DNA from: a virus
Virus record (IMG/VR): IMGVR_UViG_3300045988_122700
Length of the DNA stretch: 41,278 nt
Strand: one strand, 5' to 3'
Part shown: positions 1 through 7,632 of the stretch, piece by piece
Layout of the letters: every line of letters starts with the position of its first letter
How positions within the stretch are numbered: position 1 is the first letter of the stretch
Made by a program: the position numbers and the translations under genes
The notes under the pieces: generated by a model
The model's input: the letters and a program-made list of their open reading frames with translations, nothing else
The model's database searches: none
Told to the model about the DNA's origin: nothing

Positions 1-55
1 AAAAGCAGCAATCGAAAAAGCTGAAAGCGCAGAAGAATTAAATACAATTGAGTTG
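1..55. repeat. Terminal direct repeat: nt 1-55 are identical to nt 41224-41278 (circular-contig overlap)
   Basis: Seen directly: the first 55 nt (aaaagcagcaatcgaaaaagctgaaagcgcagaagaattaaatacaattgagttg) reappear as the last 55 nt of the window. A 55-mer overlap is what a de Bruijn assembler at k=55 leaves on a circular contig. The implied unit length is 41223 bp. Confidence 0.85.
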
Positions 56-63
56 GAGGATTA
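1..63 (+). CDS. 3' end of the ORF that starts at 40784 and crosses the window junction (...KAAIEKAESAEELNTIELED*)
   Basis: The ORF from 40784 runs in frame through the repeated 55-mer and stops at TAG 61-63. This is valid only if the molecule is circular. Confidence 0.45.
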
Positions 64-65
64 GA

Positions 66-515
66 ATGTCTTATTTAAAAGAATTTGGAGAGTTTGTTTT
101 AGGGCTTTATGCGGCCTATGAAATCAAGATTATCATTGTATGCGGGGTTGTCGGTGGTTTAGTAACTAAGGCCGTAGGTGGGTTTGACAAGCAGCTTGTA
201 GGGCTGCTTATTTTTATGCTTATCGACTATGCTACTGGCATGTATGCGGCATGGCACGAGCATGACCTTTGGAGCAAAAAGGCTTTCCGTGGCTTGTTCA
301 AAAAAGCTAGCATTTTAGGTGTAGTGGCCTTTTGCGCTGGTGTAGATGTGATGCTTAAAACAGATATCGCAAGATATGGAGCTATTGCAGGGTTCGGGAT
401 CATGGAAGCTATGAGCATTATCGAAAACGCGGATCGTGGCGGCTGGGGTCACCTCTTTCCAACGTGGATTCGTGAAAAACTTGCGGCGATTAAAGACACT
501 AAAAAATTAGTATGA
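66..515 (+). CDS. Holin (two TM helices; phage_holin_4_1-like 'LIDYATGM' motif)
   Basis: GGAGGA lies 5 nt upstream of the ATG at 66. Hydrophobic helices IKIIIVCGVVGGLVT and LVGLLIFMLIDYATGMYAAW are present. The gene sits immediately upstream of the lysin. A 48 start is an alternative. Confidence 0.6.
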   Translation: MSYLKEFGEFVLGLYAAYEIKIIIVCGVVGGLVTKAVGGFDKQLVGLLIFMLIDYATGMYAAWHEHDLWSKKAFRGLFKKASILGVVAFCAGVDVMLKTDIARYGAIAGFGIMEAMSIIENADRGGWGHLFPTWIREKLAAIKDTKKLV

Positions 516-769
516 AAATTACAAACGAAGAAGCCATAAAAGAACTAAAGGCCATGCTTAACGCATTAGACCCTCGCTTTCTAACATGGGATAGAGAGAG
601 CAGGAAGTTTGAAGCGTTGAGCATGGCTATTGATTTATTGGAACAGGAGGATAAGGATGATAAAAGAAATTCAATTTCAGCGGAGCAAACAGATGATGTT
701 TGCAATGAACGAACAATACCAGGTGATTGGACAATGGCCGTGCAAAGACGATTTTGTACCCGGCTATAA
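512..769 (+). CDS. Hypothetical small protein (85 aa); its 3' end overlaps the lysin frame
   Basis: The ORF is in the provided track. Its ATGA start overlaps the holin stop. The overlap with 657-1061 is unresolved. Confidence 0.3.
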   Translation: MKITNEEAIKELKAMLNALDPRFLTWDRESRKFEALSMAIDLLEQEDKDDKRNSISAEQTDDVCNERTIPGDWTMAVQRRFCTRL

Positions 770-1061
770 TGCCACAGGTGACCCTAGGGGAAGCTTACCG
801 AATGGAGTATATACTGGTGTGGCCGCAGAAGTAACAAACGGCGCATATGGACCGGCTTATGGTAATTTCTACATTACCACACATGATCCCCGCGCACGTG
901 ACGTTCACGGCGGCGGTAGTGGCTTACCCGACCCTTATGCGGACTATCAGGGCTGGATACCGACATATGGCTGTTTGCGAATGCAGAACGCTGACGGTGT
1001 AGAGCTAAGTAAAATGATTATTGAGGGCGGTAACAATGTTGTTTTAACCGTTATAAAATAA
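657..1061 (+). CDS. Putative endolysin with L,D-transpeptidase (YkuD) catalytic fold
   Basis: The motif HGGGSGLPDPYADYQGWIPTYGCLRM matches the YkuD signature H-x(14-17)-G-C-[ILV]-R-M. The RBS ggaggataagg precedes the ATG at 657. Position after the holin supports a lysin role. A later start (693 or 696) is possible. Confidence 0.55.
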   Translation: MIKEIQFQRSKQMMFAMNEQYQVIGQWPCKDDFVPGYNATGDPRGSLPNGVYTGVAAEVTNGAYGPAYGNFYITTHDPRARDVHGGGSGLPDPYADYQGWIPTYGCLRMQNADGVELSKMIIEGGNNVVLTVIK

Positions 1062-1203
1062 AAAAATAACATGTTTTAAATATTAAATAAATTATAGTAA
1101 TCATCTTAAAGGTTTATTTAATTAAAAAACTTGAAAATTTATAATTGCCATGATTTAATAATTAAAAGCAAGAAAAAATTATTATCAAGGGGGCTTTATT
1201 ATA

Positions 1204-2148
1204 ATGAAAAAAATATTGGCTTTAGGTGTGCTTTTCTCAGTTGGAACTGTATTTTCAGTAGGCTATGCAGCTATTCCTGAAGGAAGTGCTACAGGAACAC
1301 AGGCAGTTGCAATAGGTGATAACTCAGTAGCAAGCGGAAGGTTTTCAGTTGCTGCTGGTGAAGGAGCAATTGCAAGTGGCGATATGGCAATTGCGGTGGG
1401 AAATACTGCAGTTGCAAGCGGATTTTCTTCGCAGGCTATAGGGGAATCAGCCAAAGCGAGCGGTGCAATGTCTGCAGCTTTTGGTTATGGAGCCGAAGCA
1501 TCAGGTAATTATTCTTTGGCAATGGGAATGAATTCGGAGGCACGAGAGAACCATTCTGTGGCCATAGGCACTAATTCCATTGCCGACAGAGAGAATACGG
1601 TTTCTTTTGGCTATGCTGGTGGCGAACGCCAGCTTACTAATATTGCAGCAGGTACAGAAGCAACTGATGCAGTTAATGTTTCACAACTGCGTTTGACTGA
1701 AGCAAATTTCAGCGCTGGATTAAGTGAAACAAATCGCAGGATAGATTCGGTGAAAACTGATTCTGACAGAGGCGACGCATTGGGAGCAGCTCTTGCCGCT
1801 TTGAACCCAATTGCGTATGATCCATATGAACCAACTCAGATAATGGCAGGTTTGGGCAACTATAAAGGTCATAGCGCGATGGCAATTGGTGTAGCTCATT
1901 ATACTAATGAAAGAACGATCCTCCACATGGGGGCATCGTCTAACGGTAATGATTTTATGGTAAATGCTGGCGTAACATGGAAGTTTGGCGGGGCTAAGAA
2001 AGCGTTGCCGCAACAATATCAAAAGGGGCCTATTAGCAGTGTGTATACAATGCAGGAAGAAATGACAAGTATTAAATCAGAAAATCAGAAATTACGGCAA
2101 GAATTAGAATTAATAAAAACGCAATTAGGTATACAAAATAACGTTTAA
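1204..2148 (+). CDS. Trimeric autotransporter adhesin (YadA-like head repeats and anchor) with a ~55-aa post-anchor C-terminal extension
   Basis: The signal peptide is MKKILALGVLFSVGTVFSVGYAA. SVASG/AIASG/AVASG YadA-head repeats are present, as is the neck motif NIAAGTEATDAVNVSQL. The YadA-anchor-like segment is MAGLGNYKGHSAMAIGVAHY...VNAGVTWKFG. It is followed by the coiled-coil tail ...IKSENQKLRQELELIKTQLGIQNNV. Confidence 0.8.
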   Translation: MKKILALGVLFSVGTVFSVGYAAIPEGSATGTQAVAIGDNSVASGRFSVAAGEGAIASGDMAIAVGNTAVASGFSSQAIGESAKASGAMSAAFGYGAEASGNYSLAMGMNSEARENHSVAIGTNSIADRENTVSFGYAGGERQLTNIAAGTEATDAVNVSQLRLTEANFSAGLSETNRRIDSVKTDSDRGDALGAALAALNPIAYDPYEPTQIMAGLGNYKGHSAMAIGVAHYTNERTILHMGASSNGNDFMVNAGVTWKFGGAKKALPQQYQKGPISSVYTMQEEMTSIKSENQKLRQELELIKTQLGIQNNV

Positions 2149-2213
2149 AATATTTAATGGCGAAAATATTTAGTTCGAAAAAATAAGGCGCGTATCTCAA
2201 AAAAATGACAAAA

Positions 2214-2243
2214 AGCACTTTGCGAAAGCAGAGTGCTTTTTTC
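2214..2243 (+). terminator. Rho-independent terminator downstream of the trimeric autotransporter gene
   Basis: Stem agcacTttgc / gcaGagtgct has one mismatch. The loop is gaaa. A tttttt run follows. Confidence 0.5.
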
Positions 2244-2257
2244 TATGGAGGAATAAC

Positions 2258-2644
2258 ATGTATGAAAAAATCAAAACTTGGATATCTAATAATCGCTTTC
2301 TTATTGGTATGGGCGTTGGCGCAGTTCTTTTTCTTGCCTGCTATCTGTTCAGCCGAGCCGGTATACATGATAACGGAAACGGAACTGGTGACGTTGGAAC
2401 AAAACTCCAACAGGCAATTGGAAATCAGCAGTCAATTAGCGCAGGAATTACAGACAGCAAAAAAACAGTTGAAAGCATCGGAGAAGGAATCGACCGAAGC
2501 CAAACTGCAGAAAGAGCAGCTGCAGAAGCAGTTGATCGAGCTGGAAGCCTCGTCGAAGAATCAAGAAACCTTTCAGAAAGAAATCTTGAAATCATTGCCG
2601 CCATCCGTGCCCGTGGTGCTTCGGGAGATTGGAGCGAAGATTGA
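2258..2644 (+). CDS. Small membrane-anchored protein (128 aa; N-terminal TM helix, Ala/Glu-rich soluble part)
   Basis: GGAGG at 2247-2251 lies 6 nt before the ATG at 2258. Third-codon positions are A/T-rich, like the neighbouring genes (~24% T3, low G3). The fully overlapping 2262-2774 frame has ~6% T3 and ~40% G3 and is probably a shadow ORF. Confidence 0.45.
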   Translation: MYEKIKTWISNNRFLIGMGVGAVLFLACYLFSRAGIHDNGNGTGDVGTKLQQAIGNQQSISAGITDSKKTVESIGEGIDRSQTAERAAAEAVDRAGSLVEESRNLSERNLEIIAAIRARGASGDWSED

Positions 2645-2825
2645 CGTTGATCACTATGTGAGTGGTATCAGCTATGGCGTCAGCAGGCGCATAGGGAGTA
2701 AGTACATAGGTCTGAGGGGAGAGTATGACTGGGGCGAGAAAAAGGCAGGGGTCTGGCTTACATACACATATTAAAAGAAGGTTTTTTCCAGTTGCAAGAC
2801 TTACGAACTTGTGAATTTATTCAAA

Positions 2826-2856
2826 ACAAAATGTCTTGCGGGGGGGGACAAATGTG
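2826..2856 (+). promoter_or_regulatory. Putative sigma70-type promoter (TTGCGG - 19 bp - CATAAT) with a G8 homopolymer (2830-2837) in the spacer, ~180 bp upstream of the autotransporter ATG
   Basis: Read directly. The -35-like hexamer is at 2826-2831. The G8 run is at 2830-2837. CATAAT is at 2851-2856. Spacer length depends on the length of the G tract. Confidence 0.35.
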
Positions 2857-3035
2857 ATATCATAATACGAGTTAAACAAAAAGCATAATTGTATAGATAC
2901 AAAGAATGTCGGTTGGCGATAAGTGTTATTACGGTTACTAGCACGATTAAGTTAGTAATAATAAGGCAAAAAGATATGTCTTATGATTGCTATATATTAA
3001 AAGAACATATTAACCAATAAAGGGGAGAAGCACTT

Positions 3036-6000
3036 ATGAAAAAAACAGTAAAAAACAGGATTGCCAGGGAAACATTAAGTAGGTTTCTAGGACATAGCGT
3101 GCTGTCTGCGGTTTTAGTGTTGGGGTGGAATGTTTCCACTGTATTTGCAATCAGTCCGTCTTCTGGTATTGAGCAGGTAATTGGTGCAACTAATACTGTA
3201 ACGGCGGCGCCTACATATACAATTACCAATGATGACTACAAAGCGGTTCTTTATGCGCGCAGTACGGCTGGCAATGCTGCTGCATTGAATGTAAACGGTG
3301 ATGTTAATGTTACTTATATACAACCTACGTCCAGTTTGCACGATAATTATGGTACCTTGATTTTCGTAACAGGAACAGGTACAGATTCATCGTCTGTTAA
3401 AGTCGACGGCGATGTTAATTTTAATGTCAGCGGTTTGGCCTATTCGGATATTTGGATTGATTCGGCCAATACTACTATCGATATCACAGGAAAATTGACA
3501 GGTGTTTCCGATAGCAGGGCGGCAGTGGTTATGGCCCGACAAGGAACTGTAAATATCGGCTCGGTAGACGTAACTGTTACATCTGATCCTGCCAATAATA
3601 ACAATGTAGCCATTTGGTTACAAGATGGTTCAACAGTCAACGTTGCAGGTGAAATAAAACTTGATACACAGGGGCAATGGGGTAAAGGAATATGGGCTAA
3701 TGGAGCATTGGGAGCGACTACTCTTACTGCAGGGGCCATAGATATCAAGACTAAGGTTCAAGCTATTTCTGTTCTGAATCAGTCAACGGTCACAGTTGAT
3801 GGACTGGTCAAAGTTGTTAAAAACAGCACCAGTGATAGTGATGTGGTTGGTAGTAGTTCTGGGGGGAGTATCACTGCCGGTAGTTTTGATATTGTTGTTA
3901 ACGATGCATTGACGAATGAAACGGCTTTAAGGGCCTTTGGCGACGACAGTACTATAAATTGCCTTGGTACAGCAAAGATCGTCATAAATAAAAATGCCGG
4001 CGATACAGGCAGTTATGTTTCGGCTGTCTTAGCTGGCGCGAGAGGTGAAATTACTTTAGGATCGCTTGACGCTGAGCTGGATACGAAATATTCAAGGGGA
4101 ATTAGTGTTTTAAGTAATAATACTGATTCTAAAGAGACTTTGGTTACCGTAAATGGTGCGGCTAAGATTATGATGAAAGGTGAAGGATCTTATGGCATCA
4201 TAGCCCAAAGCGGAAAAAGTAAAATCATGCTGCAGGATGTTCAGGTGACTACAACAGGGAATTATAGCTACGGCATAAGTTCTGGCGGTATTGTTGAAGC
4301 GAATAATGTTGTATTAAACGGCAGTGGCATACAGGCATTTGGAGTTCATGCCGCCGGAGGCGATGGTACAGTTATCTTAAAAAACTTATGGGCGGATATG
4401 GCTGGTCAGGCTTCTCGCGGAGTTTATGCTCAGAATGGCGGTTCGATTACTGCCGATTACGTTGACATCAAAACTACAGGGATTGGTTCAGCCGCTTTAG
4501 CGGTAACCAATATAGGGACGATACAGCAGTCAGCAATTACCATCGGCGGCGGATATGTTTCTTCTGCCGATAGTAGCTCAGCTGCTTTAAGATTGTATAG
4601 CGATGCAGATGCAGGTGCAAATAATCCGGTAATTAATCTAACGAATGTGCAGGCGGAAGGGGTTAATGGAAGCCGTCTGATATTGTCTTCGGGCTTTAGC
4701 ACTCTAAATGCGGCAAGTAGTATTTTGACAGGCAATGTTTACGCCAACGATACAGGAACCAATGGGCGATTCACGTTTAATATGGACGCCTCCGAGTTGA
4801 ATGGAAGTGTTTTTAGTAGTTCTTCCACTGTAGATATCGATTTGACGATGGATAATAACAGCAGATGGAATATTGCAGGTGGTGTAAGCGTAAATAACCT
4901 TCATTGTTTAGATAACAGAAACGGTATTGTTGATATGTCTTCTAAAAGCAACGGTTATGAAACTTTGATGATTGATTCATTGAAAGGTACTGGTACTTAC
5001 ATTTTTGATACAGATTTAAGCAGTGAGATCTATGGTGATAAGATTTCTATCGTTACATCTGAAGTAGGAAACAATCTTGTACAGGTTAAGGATGCCAGCT
5101 TGATAAATGGAGAAGTAACAGGAGTTAAAAATCTGTTGATAATTACTGATGCTAGTCAAAATGCGACTTTCGTAGGTTCGGCATTAAATAGTGGTGGTTT
5201 ATGGGACGTTACACCAACTATAGAGCGCGGTGATGTTGCTTTGGATGCAGTAGGCAATCCGGTCGGCACTTCTTCTCAGTGGTATTTGACAAAATTAAGA
5301 AAGGCTGTTAATAAAGATACGGAAGTTTTGCTGAAGGCCAGCGATAACAGTTATGCTCTATGGCGTAATACTAATGACAGTCTGCGCAAACGGTTGGGTG
5401 ATATTCGGTATCGCGGCAACCAAGATGATTCCGACGGTATTTGGGCTCGTTATACAGGAGGCAAGTTTGATGGCAGTGGTTTTGAAGCCTCTTATAATAT
5501 GTATCAGCTGGGTTATGACAAGTCTGAGAACGCTAAAAGCACTTATGGATTTGCTATGGACAGTGGCACCAGTCACGCCGATTATTCTTTTGGCAGCGGA
5601 AAAGATAAATTATGGTCCGGCAGCATTTATGGAACTTGGAATGGAGAAAGAGGCGAGTATACTGATATAGTTGCACGTATAGGCATGTTTGATACAGACA
5701 TCAATTCGTTCGGTGATTATCCTGATAAAGGCAGTGCCAAAAATCATGCCTATAGCCTGAGTGTTGAATATGGAAAAACGATTGAAATGAGTGAAAAGAG
5801 AAAAACCTTTATTGAACCGCAAATTCAGTTTACACTTGGTCGTTTGGGTAGTAGCAGCTATACGACTGACCGCGGTACCGATGTTTATCTTAGCGGTGTC
5901 AACAGTTATATCGGACGAGTAGGTGTAGTTGCAGGTAAAAAAGGGGCTGTTGGTAATGATTTTTACCTTAAAGCAAACCTGCTGCATGAATTCGGTGGCG

Positions 6001-6203
6001 ACCGAGATATCAAAATGGCTGCGGCGAATGGTGAAACTTTAAGTAAGAGCTGTGATTATGGTGACACATGGTTTGAGTTGGGACTGGGTGGTAATATCAG
6101 TATGGGTAAAAACAGCCAATTCTACGGTGACATCGAACGTAGCTTTGGTGCTGATATCCAAAAAAAATGGCAGATTAATGTCGGCGCCCAGTGGTCATTC
6201 TAA
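3036..6203 (+). CDS. Classical (type Va) autotransporter, 1055 aa: long beta-helical passenger plus C-terminal beta-barrel translocator
   Basis: The RBS aggggag precedes the ATG. The extended signal peptide is MKKTVKNRIARETLSRFLGHSVLSAVLVLGWNVSTVFA. The passenger is Gly/Thr/Asn/Val-rich and repetitive. The C-terminal ~280 aa have alternating beta-barrel character and end in ...NVGAQWSF (terminal aromatic). Confidence 0.85.
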   Translation: MKKTVKNRIARETLSRFLGHSVLSAVLVLGWNVSTVFAISPSSGIEQVIGATNTVTAAPTYTITNDDYKAVLYARSTAGNAAALNVNGDVNVTYIQPTSSLHDNYGTLIFVTGTGTDSSSVKVDGDVNFNVSGLAYSDIWIDSANTTIDITGKLTGVSDSRAAVVMARQGTVNIGSVDVTVTSDPANNNNVAIWLQDGSTVNVAGEIKLDTQGQWGKGIWANGALGATTLTAGAIDIKTKVQAISVLNQSTVTVDGLVKVVKNSTSDSDVVGSSSGGSITAGSFDIVVNDALTNETALRAFGDDSTINCLGTAKIVINKNAGDTGSYVSAVLAGARGEITLGSLDAELDTKYSRGISVLSNNTDSKETLVTVNGAAKIMMKGEGSYGIIAQSGKSKIMLQDVQVTTTGNYSYGISSGGIVEANNVVLNGSGIQAFGVHAAGGDGTVILKNLWADMAGQASRGVYAQNGGSITADYVDIKTTGIGSAALAVTNIGTIQQSAITIGGGYVSSADSSSAALRLYSDADAGANNPVINLTNVQAEGVNGSRLILSSGFSTLNAASSILTGNVYANDTGTNGRFTFNMDASELNGSVFSSSSTVDIDLTMDNNSRWNIAGGVSVNNLHCLDNRNGIVDMSSKSNGYETLMIDSLKGTGTYIFDTDLSSEIYGDKISIVTSEVGNNLVQVKDASLINGEVTGVKNLLIITDASQNATFVGSALNSGGLWDVTPTIERGDVALDAVGNPVGTSSQWYLTKLRKAVNKDTEVLLKASDNSYALWRNTNDSLRKRLGDIRYRGNQDDSDGIWARYTGGKFDGSGFEASYNMYQLGYDKSENAKSTYGFAMDSGTSHADYSFGSGKDKLWSGSIYGTWNGERGEYTDIVARIGMFDTDINSFGDYPDKGSAKNHAYSLSVEYGKTIEMSEKRKTFIEPQIQFTLGRLGSSSYTTDRGTDVYLSGVNSYIGRVGVVAGKKGAVGNDFYLKANLLHEFGGDRDIKMAAANGETLSKSCDYGDTWFELGLGGNISMGKNSQFYGDIERSFGADIQKKWQINVGAQWSF

Positions 6204-6268
6204 AATAGTTTAACAGTTTTTTATCAAGGCTAAGTAACCCTCTCGGCCTTGTTAAAAATATTCCCCAT

Positions 6269-6305
6269 AAAACCGTTCTGATTTTTTCAGGACGGTTTTA
6301 TTTTT
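6269..6305 (+). terminator. Rho-independent terminator after the autotransporter gene
   Basis: Stem aaaaccgtTctga / tcaggAcggtttt has one mismatch and a T-rich loop. atttttgt follows. Confidence 0.55.
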
Positions 6306-6459
6306 GTGGGCATAATATTTATATAATTGTGTTATATTTTCTTTATAAATAAAAAATAAAAAAAATATCTGTAAAATAGTAAGAGCCTACCGTAATTGGT
6401 AGACTTATTTTTTATGCGTAAAATGGTCGCACTTTAACGCAAAAATATTGTGTTTTTGA

Positions 6460-6482
6460 CGTTGGTACCACGTTGGTACCAA
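6460..6482. repeat. Tandem 11-bp repeat cgttggtacca x2, each containing the 10-bp palindrome TTGGTACCAA, abutting the integrase stop codon (candidate attP core or integrase-binding site)
   Basis: Seen directly in gacGTTGGTACCACGTTGGTACCAAc. The second copy ends 1 nt before the integrase stop (cta at 6483-6485, minus strand). Confidence 0.5.
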
Positions 6483-7583
6483 CTAAAGCGAATAAATATT
6501 TTTAATTTTTTCGGGAAGATGTTCATCATAACCAGGAATCGCGTGGCCATATAAATCTAATGTGTGGCTCGCTTTGCTATGACCTAAACGCTTAGCTACT
6601 TCAAGCAGAGGAATGCCAGAAGCTAATAGTTGTGTAGCATGGGTATGACGCAAACAATGAAATTTTTTATGCTCTATTCCTGCCGCTTTTAGAGTGGCTT
6701 TCCATATTCTTTCGATGTTGCGTGGGGCATAAGGTGTACGATTTAAAGTATGAAAAACATAACCCTGTAATTCTATTACTTTATCGCTTTGTCGGAGGCT
6801 GTTTAAAGCTGACATGACTTCTTCTGGAACAATGATGCTTCGGTTGCCTGCGGGTGTTTTTGGTGGCATATCAATGAGCTTGCCGGAAATTTCTTGCAGA
6901 CTATTATTTATAATTATCCGATTGTTCGTTACACAAGGCCATTTAAGACCAAGAATTTCCCCTAACCGTGCTCCGGTCGTTATAGCTAATAACATCATAG
7001 GATAATATTTTCTTAGTCTAAGATTTGTCGACTTCGATTGAAGAGTGTTTAGAATTTGTTGTATGTCTTGTTGGCTAAAAATAACGATTTCAGTTTTTTC
7101 CACTCGAGGAGCTGCAATTGCAAGCATGATATTTTTGTTGATTAAATCCAAAATGTGAGCTTTGGTTATGGCAGCTTTGAGCAGTTTATGTAATTTGTTT
7201 TTAGCATTACTGCTTAATATAGAATCATTATAAAATTGCTGCACTGAATGAGCTGTTAAATGCTGCAGCCTTATATTAGCTAAAGGCATTAAATAATTCA
7301 TAGTTTGCTTATATCTTAGTACAGTTTTGGGGCGAACATTCGGCGCAATGTAAGTTTTTAACCATTCGATTAGCCATTCACCCACCGTTATATCTGATGG
7401 CGGTATGTAGCTGCCTTTAAATATTTCTGATTTAGTGGTAGATAACCATGTAATTGCGTCATCAGGGTTATCGAACCTTTTTACGATCCTTTTGCCGTTT
7501 GGATCTGTAATTGCTGCTCTATATTTGTCCCTGGCGTTTTCATAATTAATAGAACCTTCGCCGTTAATTCTCTTTCGGGCCAT
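6483..7583 (-). CDS. int: Tyrosine recombinase / phage integrase
   Basis: The C-terminal catalytic motifs are ...HCLRHTHATQLLASGIPLLEVAKRLGHSKASHTLDLYGH (R...HxxR...Y). The N-terminal part is an arm-type/SAM-like domain. The RBS is ggagctgatttttt ATG. Confidence 0.9.
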   Translation of the reverse strand: MARKRINGEGSINYENARDKYRAAITDPNGKRIVKRFDNPDDAITWLSTTKSEIFKGSYIPPSDITVGEWLIEWLKTYIAPNVRPKTVLRYKQTMNYLMPLANIRLQHLTAHSVQQFYNDSILSSNAKNKLHKLLKAAITKAHILDLINKNIMLAIAAPRVEKTEIVIFSQQDIQQILNTLQSKSTNLRLRKYYPMMLLAITTGARLGEILGLKWPCVTNNRIIINNSLQEISGKLIDMPPKTPAGNRSIIVPEEVMSALNSLRQSDKVIELQGYVFHTLNRTPYAPRNIERIWKATLKAAGIEHKKFHCLRHTHATQLLASGIPLLEVAKRLGHSKASHTLDLYGHAIPGYDEHLPEKIKNIYSL

Positions 7584-7632
7584 AAAAAATCAGCTCCTAA
7601 CTGTAATTTGAGTATGCAGTAGCAGAGCTGAT

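Noticed and set aside
2262-2774. 189-aa ORF as the gene product of this locus
   Set aside because: Third-codon composition is ~6% T3 and ~40% G3, unlike any confident gene here. The SD is better placed for the overlapping 2258 frame. It is kept only as an alternative.
3114-5987. Multiple minus-strand ORFs (3114-3341, 3440-3748, 3779-3985, 4457-4735, 4704-4904, 5358-5576, 5610-5987) and the plus ORF 5353-5670 inside the autotransporter gene
   Set aside because: They are shadow frames of a long, confidently coding gene. They lack RBSs and their amino-acid content is low-complexity.
6204-6482. tRNA gene or tRNA 3'-fragment at the putative attP
   Set aside because: No T-arm (GGTTCGAAT-like) or CCA-acceptor-like segment was found. 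The short CTACC-gtaatt-GGTAG hairpin is too small to be a tRNA arm set.
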